A stretch of DNA of 64,000 nucleotides from an uncultured Phycisphaerales bacterium (GCA_963772725.1 CAVYYI010000001.1:32001-96000), one strand, 5' to 3'; positions 1 through 10,247 are shown, counted from the stretch's first letter. Made by a program: numbers and translations. The notes: generated by a model not told the origin, from the letters alone.

Positions 1-952
1 TTTTGCGTACAATCTTGGTAATATCAGTTTTGCTGCCTTTGAAATTCGGTGTTGCTGTTGTAAGAATAAAATATCTCTTGATGGTGCTGCCTTTTATCTT
101 ATCAAGAACGTCTAATATCATTGTTTTATCAATAGGTATTTTATGCTTTACTTCCACCATTTCAAAAGGATTATTGGCCGAATCGTAAATTTCCACATCA
201 GCGTAGCCCATATATCTGTCGGAAATTGTATGAGATTTTAAGGGGAGCAGTTTTTTATTTTTGTACATTCTTACATTTTCGAGAAGGAGCTGATAAATGG
301 TATATATTGCCACAACAGGTAGTCTTGATGCTCTTTCCATCGAGAAATGTTCTTCGAGCATTTCTATAATAGTATCGATGATTAAGCATTCAATATTATT
401 GCTTAGCGTTATGCCATCCAGAATATTTTTTTCGCCGGCGGTTTTTTCAAGAAGCATGAGGATAATTGCTGTCAAATAACCTTTCGGATTTGCATTTTTT
501 TCTTCTACGTCTTCCAGTATAGATAAAAATGCTTCCTTTATCTGTTTATTTCTTATCATGCCAGGAAAATTCCTATCAAAAGAATGTGGTTGTTCTATCG
601 ACCTTGTCAGCCAGCCGCTTTCTTTTGGGGCGAATCTTCTGAAATGTTCTTTTAGCCATGGAGTTACAGCATTGGTATCCAAGCCGCGCCCCGAATACCC
701 GCCGGTAAACTCTGCACGGTGCAACCTGACATCTTGTGACGGAGTTTCCATTTTCTTAAGAAGAGAAGTTATAATTACCGCTATCAATGATTTTTGTGTT
801 TCGGCGTTTGCTGTTAATAGCTCAATATGTTTTATTTGTGCGGCAGAAAGGCTCTTTGATATGTAATTTGTGGCTTTATTCTTGGCATATTGCTTCTGTG
901 CAAAGCCTAAAATTTTTTCCAGAACTTTTGTATAATCCTTTATACCTGTCAT
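1..952 (-). CDS. Probable type II restriction endonuclease, PD-(D/E)xK-like; runs off the window's left edge
   Basis: Not in the ORF track because it has no stop in the window. Translated by hand: MTGIKDYTKVLEKIL...GGYSGRGLDT...ESGWLTRSIEQPH...GYADVEIYD...FEMVEVKH. Its ATG (950-952) overlaps the methyltransferase TGA (ATGA). Confidence 0.6.
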   Translation of the reverse strand, partial: MTGIKDYTKVLEKILGFAQKQYAKNKATNYISKSLSAAQIKHIELLTANAETQKSLIAVIITSLLKKMETPSQDVRLHRAEFTGGYSGRGLDTNAVTPWLKEHFRRFAPKESGWLTRSIEQPHSFDRNFPGMIRNKQIKEAFLSILEDVEEKNANPKGYLTAIILMLLEKTAGEKNILDGITLSNNIECLIIDTIIEMLEEHFSMERASRLPVVAIYTIYQLLLENVRMYKNKKLLPLKSHTISDRYMGYADVEIYDSANNPFEMVEVKHKIPIDKTMILDVLDKIKGSTIKRYFILTTATPNFKGSKTDITKIVRK

Positions 953-1971
953 ACAAACAGCTCCAGCATTGTCTCTTGAAAAGTCTTTGCAATTCTTCGT
1001 CTGGCATACTCGCAATATTCGGGATTGATATCTATGCCTATATACTCTCTTCCCATTTTTTTAGCGACGACAGCGGTTGTTCCTGAACCGACGAAAGGGT
1101 CAAGAACGATATTCTCTTTTTCTGTCAGCAGTTTCAGGAATTCCTGTATTACATATTCGGGATACACCGCCGGATGAATATTGCCCTTTATAGTTTCCAC
1201 CGGACTTTCGATTATATCTCTTTTTATAGAATTTCCGTGTATTTTTATTATAGTAAAACCGTCTCGCTCCAGATGTATTTTTCTCCCTCCATTCTGGCCG
1301 CCGTAAGGCTCCGCGTGGATGCCTTTAATTTTTACCCTGAAACTTTCTATCTTTCCAGTTTTTACCTCATGTATTACCTGCTCGAGGTGTTCCCTGCAGA
1401 GGTCTTTCTGTTCCTTAGATAAATCCGATTGCTCTATAAGACTAAAATATGTTTTTCCAACATTGCTGCCGTTGCCGTTGGGTTTTTTCCTTATCAAGTC
1501 AAAATGGCCTAAAAACGCATTCTTGTCGAAAAAGTAATCAGGGCTTTTTACAAAAATGAAAAAAGGTTCGCTTGAGGGTATTAATTTTTTCTTGTCCTGC
1601 TTAGGAACAGGGTTGAATTTAACCCAGGTAACTTCATTAATAAGCTTAACATTAGCTTTGGCGGTCGCTTCTATTGCAAATCGGTATGGCACGAGCAAGA
1701 GGCTGCCGTTTTCGTATTTATCGCCTATATTAAAAACAACAGAGCCTGTATTTTTTATTACCCTTACGCATTCCTTAAAAATATTCATCAGGTTGTTTAT
1801 ATACTCTTCGACGCTTGCCTCATCGCCTATTCCCTTTCCGCCATAATCCCGCTGTTGATAATATGGAGGACTTGTTAACACTAAGTCGATGGAGTCCGAA
1901 GGAAGTCCGTTCAATATTTCCCATGCGTCCCCGCATAGTATTTGATTTGTATATTCGCTTATTCTATTCAT
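949..1971 (-). CDS. Beta-class amino-DNA methyltransferase (N4-C/N6-A)
   Basis: N-terminal TSPPY (motif IV), HPAVYP, and C-terminal VLDPFVGSGTT (motif I). Confidence 0.92.
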   Translation of the reverse strand: MNRISEYTNQILCGDAWEILNGLPSDSIDLVLTSPPYYQQRDYGGKGIGDEASVEEYINNLMNIFKECVRVIKNTGSVVFNIGDKYENGSLLLVPYRFAIEATAKANVKLINEVTWVKFNPVPKQDKKKLIPSSEPFFIFVKSPDYFFDKNAFLGHFDLIRKKPNGNGSNVGKTYFSLIEQSDLSKEQKDLCREHLEQVIHEVKTGKIESFRVKIKGIHAEPYGGQNGGRKIHLERDGFTIIKIHGNSIKRDIIESPVETIKGNIHPAVYPEYVIQEFLKLLTEKENIVLDPFVGSGTTAVVAKKMGREYIGIDINPEYCEYARRRIAKTFQETMLELFV

Positions 1972-2000
1972 CTATCAATAATCGTTTATCCACTAAAAAA

Positions 2001-2101
2001 GGCGGCCGGGTTTGCCACAGCACGGTAGAACGCATGTTTATGGCTGCTCGGTTCCCCGCCTGACCAGATTGACAGGTTCCGCCTGCATGGGACCCGGCCG
2101 T
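2001..2101 (-). ncRNA. ffs: Signal recognition particle RNA (small bacterial 4.5S type)
   Basis: Minus strand has a terminal stem CGGCCGGGT...ACCCGGCCG enclosing GGTCAGGCGGGGAACCGAGCAGCC (helix-8 motif). A U-run follows, and a TATACT -10 lies upstream. Confidence 0.85.
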
Positions 2102-2243
2102 AAATTCATTCAGTTACGGGGATAAGTATAACATCCCGGCACAAAATTTCCACCAAAAGATTTTAATTTGACAAGTTTTAGTTTAAAAGTTAATCTGCTT
2201 TTGTAAATTGTCAACGAGTTATTCATTGAGAAGGGGTATTGCC

Positions 2244-2426
2244 ATGAAAGTCGGTATAGAAGATACGTGTACGGCGTGCGGATTATGCGTAGATACCTGC
2301 CCGGAAGTCTTCAGGATGGGCAGCGACAAGGCTGAAGTTATATCGCCCAATGTGCCGCCTGAGTTCGAGGATGCCGTCCAGCAGGCCGCCGACGAGTGTC
2401 CTGTTGAAGCGATAATTGTTGAATAG
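2244..2426 (+). CDS. Small monocluster ferredoxin
   Basis: CTACGLCVDTCP...ECPVEAI; start taken at the ATG after an AGGGG RBS. Confidence 0.9.
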   Translation: MKVGIEDTCTACGLCVDTCPEVFRMGSDKAEVISPNVPPEFEDAVQQAADECPVEAIIVE

Positions 2427-2479
2427 CCGAACATAAAGTTTGTGGTTGTATAAGTTGTTTAAGTCTGCTTGCTTTTTTG

Positions 2480-3339
2480 TCAGCTGTTTTTTGAGAGTTC
2501 GCGGCTTCGCTGTGCGGCTTTTTGGATTGCTGTTGAAATTAGCTGTCCGAAGCCTTTTTCGGCGAAAACTTTGAGGGCCGCTTCTGTTGTGCCGCCGGGA
2601 GAGGTAACCTTTTTGCGAAGTTCAGCGGGGCTTTCGCCGTGTTTATCCGCTTCGAGAGCCAATATTGCTGCACCTTTGGCGGTTTGTAGAACCAGATCTT
2701 TGGCGACATCTGCAGGCAGACCTATTTCGATACCTGTCTTAATAATTTCTTCCATCATCAGGAAATAATAAGCAGGTCCGGAGCCGCTCAACGCCGTTAC
2801 AGCGTCTAATAAATCCTCGTTTTCGACGGTAACAACTTTACCGACTGCAGCGAAAATTTCTTTAGCGGTTTTGAGCATAGGTTTAGCCATTTCGTTGGCA
2901 AACATCGCGCTGCGCCTTGGGCTACAAGAGCGGGAGTATTCGGCATAACACGAACTACGGGAATATTGCCGAGCTCGCCGGTTATATTGTCAATTCGTTT
3001 CCCAGCGGCAATCGATATGATAAGTTGTCCCTTGCTAATGCCAGTTTTTATACTTCGCAGTACCTCGCTCATATTTTGCGGCTTAATGCTCAGTACCACA
3101 ATATCTGTTTTCGTGACAAGGGCCGCATTGTCGCTTATCGTATGGATGCCGTATTCTTCAGCGAGAAAATCCAGCCTTTTTTGCCGAATGTCGCTTACAG
3201 TAATATCTTGAGGCTGATAAAGTTCGGCGGCGATTATACCCTTTATCATGGCCTCTGCCATATTTCCTCCGCCTATAAATCCGATTGTACCCACGGTTTT
3301 ATTCCTTTGCGTTTTAAATTTTAATTTTTGAACTTTCAA
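2480..3339 (-). CDS. proC: Pyrroline-5-carboxylate reductase, split by one frameshift near 2905
   Basis: GFIGGGNMA, RVMPNTP, ALSGSGPAY and VTSPGGTT motifs across two overlapping ORFs. Confidence 0.92.
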
Positions 3340-3364
3340 ACTGGCCGTCAGTCAGGTTGATTTA

Positions 3365-4487
3365 TACTACTCTTGATTGAAAAATTCCGTATTTTTCAAT
3401 CAAAAAGCACCTTCTGTCCGATAAACAGCGTATATGAAGGATTATAAGTTGTCAAAAGAAAAAATAGCTGAACTGGAGGCATTGCATCGTTCGTTGCGTG
3501 ATAAGCGTCAGGCCGACCGGGTCAAAGCGGTCATTGCTTTAGCAAAGGGATGGTCGGCGGCTCAGGTGGCCGAGATACTTCTTTTCGATGAGAAGACATC
3601 ACGGGGCTATTTCGAGCGGTATCGGCAAGACGGTTTCCAGGCATTGCTGGATGACAACTATCCCGGCGCAGAACCGAAACTCGATGAACATCAAATGAGC
3701 GAACTTGAGGCATATCTCGAAGATCATATTTTCCCCGATGCCAAATCGGTTATCGCTCACATTGACAAGCAGTATGTGGTCCATTACTCCGTCAGCGGAG
3801 TCACCGATTTGCTGCATCGTCTTGGATTTTCCTACAAGAAGCCGACACATGTTCCCGGTAAACAAGACCCCATCAAGCAACAGGCATTTCTCGAGGAATA
3901 TGAACAGATCAAGGCAAGCAAAAGTCAAAACGACCCAATTTATTTCGCCGATGCCACCCACCCGCAGCACAACAGCATTCCTTCTTACGGCTGGATTAAG
4001 ACGGGAAGGGAAAAAGAACTCAAAGCCAACTGTGGCCGCCAGCGATTGAATATCAATGGTGCGATTAACATCGAAACACTGGAGCCAACGACAGGGTTTT
4101 ATGACACGATCAATGCGAATTCGACCATTGATTTGTTCTCTAAGATCGAAGCAAAACATCCGGAGGCCAAAAGGATTTACATCATTGTTGACAATGCTCG
4201 ATATTATCGTTCACGTTTGTTAAAAGAGTATACCGAGGGCACGAAAATCAAATTGATCTTTTTGCCGTCATACTCGCCGAATCTGAATCTGATTGAACGG
4301 TACTGGAAGTTTTTTAAGAAAAAAGTGCTGAACAATCGCTACTATGAAACGTTTGGTGAATTCAAGCGAGCATGTGAGAGCTTTTTCCGGAAGAGAAAGA
4401 AATATTTGCCGGAACTGAGAGCATTACTGACAGAAAACTTTCACATTCAAGCTGCATAAAAACGGGAAAATTCAATCGTAAGCAGTA
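3365..4487 (+). mobile_element. IS630-family insertion sequence
   Basis: Imperfect TIRs (TACTACTCTTGATTGAAAAATTCCGT vs reverse complement TACTGCTTACGATTGAATTTTCCCGT), flanked by TA on both sides. Confidence 0.88.
3434..4459 (+). CDS. IS630-family transposase
   Basis: N-terminal HTH; DDE motifs FAD, VDNARYY and LPSYSPNLNLIERYW. Confidence 0.95.
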   Translation: MKDYKLSKEKIAELEALHRSLRDKRQADRVKAVIALAKGWSAAQVAEILLFDEKTSRGYFERYRQDGFQALLDDNYPGAEPKLDEHQMSELEAYLEDHIFPDAKSVIAHIDKQYVVHYSVSGVTDLLHRLGFSYKKPTHVPGKQDPIKQQAFLEEYEQIKASKSQNDPIYFADATHPQHNSIPSYGWIKTGREKELKANCGRQRLNINGAINIETLEPTTGFYDTINANSTIDLFSKIEAKHPEAKRIYIIVDNARYYRSRLLKEYTEGTKIKLIFLPSYSPNLNLIERYWKFFKKKVLNNRYYETFGEFKRACESFFRKRKKYLPELRALLTENFHIQAA

Positions 4488-4492
4488 TATTA

Positions 4493-5224
4493 TCACAACT
4501 CAAAATAAGGCTGCTGGTCGATAATTTTATCCAGCGTTACCAGCGTATAACCTTTTTCCCTGATTTTATCGATAATGACCGGCAATGCCTCAATAAGATT
4601 ATCCCTCGGATAATCAGTGTGTATATCGCGGCCGTCGTGGAGGTCGATTATTGCTCCCGGTTCTAGTTTCTTAAGTATACGCTCTTGAATTTCCTGCGAT
4701 GTTTCTTTCATATAATAATCTTCTGTTGCGTCGTTCCATAGAATAACGGCATAACCCATCTTATTAATGGTTTCAACCATAAACGGCGATTCATATCCGT
4801 AAGGAGGCCTGAAAAATCGCGGGTGAAGTCCAGAAACCGAGGCGATGGCAGTGTCTGCATCTTTTATATTTTCTACTAATTTCTCCCTGCTCAAAAATAC
4901 TAAATATTTTGAGTGGTTAAAACTGTGATTGCCTATAATATGCCCTTCTGCTATTTCTCTTTTTAAAATGTCGGGATATTCTTCAGCGTTCTTTCCGATG
5001 ATAAAAAAAGTAGCTTTGGCATTTTTTTCTTTTAGGATGTCGAGAATGTCGATGGTGGCCTGGCCGTAGGGGCCGTCATCGAATGTCAGGGCCGCAAGTT
5101 TTGGGCCTTTATCTGTCTTTTTGTCAAAGAGAGAAGATTTGGGATACTGCTGGCAGCCGCAACAGTAAAACATAATAGCCAGAAACGAAATAACAACACT
5201 GCAAAAATATGTTCTATTTGTCAT
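4493..5224 (-). CDS. Polysaccharide deacetylase (CE4/NodB), likely exported
   Basis: ALTFDDGP, GNHSFNH, FRPPYG and DLHD motifs; hydrophobic Cys-containing N-terminus. Confidence 0.92.
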   Translation of the reverse strand: MTNRTYFCSVVISFLAIMFYCCGCQQYPKSSLFDKKTDKGPKLAALTFDDGPYGQATIDILDILKEKNAKATFFIIGKNAEEYPDILKREIAEGHIIGNHSFNHSKYLVFLSREKLVENIKDADTAIASVSGLHPRFFRPPYGYESPFMVETINKMGYAVILWNDATEDYYMKETSQEIQERILKKLEPGAIIDLHDGRDIHTDYPRDNLIEALPVIIDKIREKGYTLVTLDKIIDQQPYFEL

Positions 5225-5329
5225 TGGTCATTATCTCCTGAATTATTATTTTGTTACTTAAAGTCCCGATTTAGATAACCCCATATTTCCTAATTTATAC
5301 CTGGTTGTAACAAACGTTTATGATAACAC

Positions 5330-5404
5330 AGGCGGCGGTGGGAGTCGAACCCACGAAATAACGGTTTTGCAAACCGTCGCCTTAGGCCACTTGGCTACGC
5401 CGCC
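5330..5404 (-). tRNA. tRNA-Cys(GCA)
   Basis: GGCGGCGTAGCCAAGTGGCCTAAGGCGACGGTTTGCAAAACCGTTATTTCGTGGGTTCGACTCCCACCGCCGCCT cloverleaf; CCA not encoded. Confidence 0.96.
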
Positions 5405-5539
5405 AAAGTCTTTTAAATAAATAAGTTACATCTTATCAGAGGGACATTGCACAGAGCAAAACCCTCAATAATAAAAAAAATAGTTTACCTGTAGCCGCTG
5501 AATATTGCAAGAAAATTAAGGGTAAGTTTGTAATGGGTC

Positions 5540-5791
5540 AGTTATGGGTGGGCAGGTGCGCTGGTGGGATTCGTCGCGGGCGGTATGATTTCGTTTATTG
5601 TTTTCAGGATTGCGGTTATGCTTTTTTCGAGTCTTGGCGGCAGCGCTTTAATTGTAACCGGCGTATTAGCGCTTCTGTATCATTATGGTCCGACAAAAGA
5701 GCAAATCCATAGCCTGTTTTTTACCACAAAATGGTTTTTGCCAGCCGCAAGAAAGAAATCTATGGAATTTCAACACCAGCAGAAACACTAA
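5540..5791 (+). pseudogene. Fragment of a multi-TM membrane protein (DUF4203-like)
   Basis: Short Gly-rich TM segments (VMLFSSLGGSALIVTGVLALL) with no convincing start or N-terminal half. Confidence 0.4.
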
Positions 5792-5939
5792 AGTTTATTG
5801 CGTTATGCGCTGTGAGTCCTGCGTTGCGTTCCTTTTCCAACGCTATACGCTCCACACATAATGCTTTACGCTAATTTACTTTTTACTATTTTTATCAATT
5901 ATTTGTTCAATTATCAATTAAAAAGGGGGGGCTTTTTAG

Positions 5940-6460
5940 CCACTCCTTCGACTTCGCTAAGGACGGTGAGCCTGTCGAACCGAGAGGACACAAAGTTTTT
6001 CAACCACTAAGACTCCAAGGCACTAAGAATTTTAGATTTTGGATTGCCGATTTTGGATTGAAAAGAGCCAACGACAATCGACTAACCAATAGTGACTATC
6101 GACTTTCTTTGAACACTGATTCCGCTGCCAGCCTTGAGCTTGCCGAAAGGATGCCATTGATTTAACCGAAATACGCTTCACGATATACGAGCGACGAACC
6201 TGTTTACTATCCGCTCTACGCTGGATGCTGGGATTATATCATCCACCGAATTTTAAGACACGTTTTTTTTTCGACAGGATAACGGGATTGAAATTGATTT
6301 ATTTTAATAGAGTCTCTGAATTCCGTTAGCCCGCCGTTTATTCGGCGGGTTATTTCGCACAGCAAAAAAACATTGTAATAATTTCGTAAATTCGTATAAT
6401 CCATAAAATGGGAAATTCGAAAAAAAAGATGCGAATATCAGAAATGAATATGGTGTCCCC
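5940..6460. repeat. Cluster of REP-like palindromes and short heptamer-type intergenic repeats
   Basis: CTTCGAC...GAGCCTGTCGAAC, TAGCCCGCCGTTTATTCGGCGGGTTA hairpin, ATTTTGG/ATTTTAG runs, and ATACGCTTCACG shared with 8670-8836. Confidence 0.5.
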
Positions 6461-6887
6461 CGATAAATAAAGGGTTTTTAAGTTTTGTTTTCAGTTAATA
6501 ATGATAGAGAATACAATCGGATAAAAGATTTTGCGGCTTAGAAGGCCGCTGCTAAAAACTAAAATACACTGTACCTTTGGATATTCTACGCTAAATCGCC
6601 AGATTATTGTGAGAAGAAATGTACAAGACACAGTGCCTCAAACTGGGCACTGGTTGCTTGTGTTCTTCTCGGGTTCTGGCGAACCTAGCGTAGACGCAAT
6701 GCGGCGGTGCCCTTTAATTTTGCGCATTTCCACGGTTACTTTCCCCAAAGGCTTTGTTGTTTGTATTAGAAAATTGGTTTGTTGGGAATAAACGTTGCTG
6801 TCTATGACACAGGAATTGATATATTGGCAAGTATGTAACTTGCTATATCATATCTATTTTTAGACCATATTTAAGGAGACTTCTTGT

Positions 6888-7187
6888 ATGGAATCGGATG
6901 ATACGGAAATATTTTCTGAAAGTGAATGGGCAATACTTTTTGATGAACTTTCATTATCTCCAAGACAAAGGGAGGTAATTCAGTGTCTTTTTTTCGGCCT
7001 CTCTGACAAGCAAATTGCCATGAAATTAAAAATAGCTATAACGACAGTCCGAATACATCTTACTCGCCTTTTCTCAAGATTTGACGTCCATGATCGTAAT
7101 GAACTTATTCTTTATGTCGTTCATCATTTTCGAAAGGAATGTCGTTCAAACGGTAATGGATGTGCCAACTGGTTAAAACGCCACTGA
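6888..7187 (+). CDS. Stand-alone LuxR-type HTH regulator
   Basis: LSPRQREVI..GLSDKQIA.KL.I..TTVRIHL; AAGGAG RBS. Confidence 0.88.
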   Translation: MESDDTEIFSESEWAILFDELSLSPRQREVIQCLFFGLSDKQIAMKLKIAITTVRIHLTRLFSRFDVHDRNELILYVVHHFRKECRSNGNGCANWLKRH

Positions 7188-7578
7188 TTTGCCCTCTTAT
7201 TTCTACCCCCCCCTTCTTAAGGGTAGAGGCTGCCTGGTCAATTTGGATTGTTTACTGAAATATTTACAACCAAAGCCATTTTGTACCGGGCGGCTTTTAT
7301 ACTGTTAATGATGACATTGCCTTCAATGATGGCATAATTGATATCTTGTAACTATTTAATATTAAAATACAATGAAGCTTATTAGTGTTTGATTGAATGC
7401 TTGAGTATAAATATTTAAGAAAAGAGTGAGAGTGATGTTAAGAAAGAAAGAGAGTGTTGGCTTTGTACTCATAGTCAGAATGAGTATCCTCCTCTATTTC
7501 CCTCAACATCAGTCCTCACTGCTTGAAATTTAAACGTGTTAAACTTGTTTATTTAGTATTTTTGGAAAGGAGCAGAGT

Positions 7579-8187
7579 ATGAAAAAGTTTTTAATGAGTT
7601 TGGTTGTTTTGGGTTTAGTTAATGTTGCTACTGCTACATATGTTGAAACGTTCAACACCGGCAGCGACAGTTGGAATTACGGATACGGGAACAACTTTGT
7701 CCCTGGAGTAACGACATACAATGCCACGGGAGGGAATCCCGGCGGCTGTATCAGCGGTGCTTCGCAGAATCTGTACGCCGTTTGGACCTATGTTACCGCA
7801 TCCTATGGCGACATGACTGGTCTGAATCTTACGATAGATACCAAGGTTACGGACGGCGAGACTGGGACAGCTCAGTTCTACGTGGGCCGCGGTGGCACTT
7901 ACTTTATCGATGGTACCTGGAATATCGGTGCCGACAAAAGCTGGACTACGCACACGGTAGCGTTGGATTCCTCGCACTTCACGGCTTGGACAGGTGTAAA
8001 TGACAATGTCTATACGTTTGCGCAAGTTATCCAGGCACCGACAGACATCGGCATATTTTTCGGTGGTGGTCTCGCAAGCGGAACCGGCAATGTGTTGGTG
8101 GACAACTTCGGTACGGTTCCGGAGCCGGCGACAATTTGTCTGCTTGGTCTCGGCGGACTCTTGCTTCGCAGAAGAAAAAGTGTGTAG
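7579..8187 (+). CDS. PEP-CTERM sorting-domain exported protein
   Basis: Signal peptide; C-terminal VPEPATICLLGLGGLLLRRRK. Confidence 0.93.
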   Translation: MKKFLMSLVVLGLVNVATATYVETFNTGSDSWNYGYGNNFVPGVTTYNATGGNPGGCISGASQNLYAVWTYVTASYGDMTGLNLTIDTKVTDGETGTAQFYVGRGGTYFIDGTWNIGADKSWTTHTVALDSSHFTAWTGVNDNVYTFAQVIQAPTDIGIFFGGGLASGTGNVLVDNFGTVPEPATICLLGLGGLLLRRRKSV

Positions 8188-8650
8188 CGTTGGAGTTCAT
8201 TACGTCGATAATATAGACTTTAAGAAATACAGGGATTAGCCTGATGTTCCTCCTCGATTGGGTATCCCTGTATTAATAATGTAAGTCGGCATAAGATTGG
8301 TTTACGGTCTTATGCCGATATTATTTAGGAAATTAGGAAATCTGGAGACAGCATATAATGGCACTAACTTAAGCCTATTTCATAGCTTTACAGGCTGCTT
8401 GGGGTCAGACTCAAGTTGCTGTTTGATGGCAATTTCAGGAATTTCACTATCAGAGAATCTTCCCTTTTGCCCAGAAATTCCCTTAAAGAGACAGCATATC
8501 TATATAACTTCATCGCCAATCGTAATTTCTGAGGTCTGTTAAATTAACTGTGTAAACGGCCATCGCATTCCAAGTTTGGAAAATCCAGTTATCTTGTCTT
8601 AATAAAATCAGCGTTTAGAAAAGCCCCTGCGGCGTTTTGAGCGGAGCATA

Positions 8651-8900
8651 AATTCGTCGCCCGTCGCTTGTATCTCGAATTTCGCTTCACGCTTCACGAA
8701 ATACGCTTCACAGAATTATTGTCATCGAATTACTCGGACAACTTACCCCTGAATGATTGGCGGCGGTAAATTCGTCGCTCGTCTCTCGTCGCTTGTATCT
8801 CGAATTTCGCTTCACGCTTCACGAAATACGCTTCACGTTAAAGGATAACCGTAAGTGTATTACTCGGACAGCTTTTGCCTGAATGATTTGCGGCGATTAC
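8651..8900. repeat. Tandem duplication of the FN3 gene 3' end plus its downstream heptamer repeats
   Basis: 8708-8768 encodes (minus strand) AANHSGVSCPSNSMTIIL*, versus the gene's AANHSGKSCPSNTLTVIL*. The block AATTCGTCGC...TATCTCGAATTTCGCTTCACGCTTCACGAAATACGCTTCAC occurs twice. Confidence 0.85.
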
Positions 8901-9452
8901 TCGGTATTCGAGTTTTACCCCTTTCGGCTGGTCTTTTAAGATGGTTTCACAATCAAAGCTTGTCCCCGCCAAGAGCCAGTTGCCGATTTTATCGTTCATT
9001 ATTCTCGATTCGATAATAAAACTTCTAACCGGGCCGCTGTCTTTTTTTAAGAGCTTTTGCCATTGCAGTTTTACTACTCCTGCGGCCAGAGATTCAACCC
9101 TGAGTAATTCCGGCTGGGCGGGCAGATTTATCGCGGATTTCTTCTTTCTTTCGCCAAAACCGATAAGGCCGAGTTTAACAGGACTATCCGCGGTATCAAC
9201 CTGTGCGGTTTTTACCTGATTGGCTATTACGCTTTTTAATTGCTCGAAGGCCTGTTTCTGCTTTTCTCCTGCCTGTTTATACATAGACAGGCAATCATTA
9301 AATTCCTTTTTGGCCTGATTGAAGCTTTCGAGCATATTTTGCAGCTTTTCAATATCCGCCGATGGGAAGGTATCGGGATATGCGGTAAAGCCATTAATCA
9401 TCTGCTCTGTTAATTCGACCGACCTTGGCTGGGTTCTTGGTAACTGGCACAT
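8838..9452 (-). CDS. Protein with a helical N-terminal domain and C-terminal fibronectin type III domain; no signal peptide
   Basis: PAQPELL..GVVKLQW...EYRVIAANHSGKSCPSN is a typical FN3 pattern. Confidence 0.8.
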   Translation of the reverse strand: MCQLPRTQPRSVELTEQMINGFTAYPDTFPSADIEKLQNMLESFNQAKKEFNDCLSMYKQAGEKQKQAFEQLKSVIANQVKTAQVDTADSPVKLGLIGFGERKKKSAINLPAQPELLRVESLAAGVVKLQWQKLLKKDSGPVRSFIIESRIMNDKIGNWLLAGTSFDCETILKDQPKGVKLEYRVIAANHSGKSCPSNTLTVIL

Positions 9453-9699
9453 AATAAAGCCCCTTATTTAATAAAATAACGAAATCCGAATAACGAAATC
9501 CGAAACAAACTCAAATAACCAAAAATCCGATATTTCAAACAAAACCATTATGTACATATTTCCCTTCGGAAGATTCGATATGCTGCTTAACGAAAAAGAC
9601 CGGGATTTTTAATACTTAAAACGGCATAAATCGCATAAGTTATTCTAAATAAAGGATTTAAGAATGTATTTTCAATGCTTAAAATCTCAAAAACCATAG

Positions 9700-10013
9700 T
9701 TACATTGCCCAGATGATAATTTACATCGCTGCGATGTAAAATTACATTTGGCCGCTGCGGATTTACAGTTCTGCGGTGCAGATTTGCATCAAGTCGATGC
9801 AGATTTACAGTTAAGGGCTGTTAATTAACATTGCGATGGTGTTGATTTGCATTGGGTCGCTGTAAATCAGCAGTTTAGCGATGCAAACTTGCATTGGGCC
9901 GCTGTGAACTTGAAAAATCGGTTTTGAAGCTTCATATCTGACGTTTTAAGTTTGGATTTTTAAGTTTGAAGCTCTTAAGCGGCAAATCAAGTTTGTAAAA
10001 CCATTTTTCAAGC
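9700..10013. repeat. Degenerate 21-bp-period tandem array (~15 units)
   Basis: Ten units from 9700 with consensus TTRCAK-N6-GMTGYDRAY, then about five units of a second type ending AAGY, in nearly the same register. Confidence 0.8.
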
Positions 10014-10247
10014 ATAAGAAATTCAACATTCAAACTTTCCCCCTATCCTCTGAACCCTATACCCTCTACCCTGTTTTTAACCGTGTTAATCCGTGTCGAA
10101 TGTTCGTATCTTGTCTCTCGTCGCTCGTATCTCGGCAGGTTGTGCGGCGCATAATGTTTTGATTTCCTTAAAAATCAGACGCAATCAGCGTAACTCGTGC
10201 TACGTAGCGAACTACTTCGCAGAGTAGCATCGGTGTTTAAAACAATT

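Noticed and set aside
8297..8560. Small ORF or gene remnant after the PEP-CTERM gene
   Set aside because: No RBS, motif or consistent frame on either strand.
8708..8900. DGR template/variable repeat pair
   Set aside because: Differences are not adenine-specific, are largely synonymous, and no reverse transcriptase is in the window.
9700..10013. CRISPR array
   Set aside because: The period is only 21 bp, repeats are not identical, there are no spacer-length unique segments and no cas genes.
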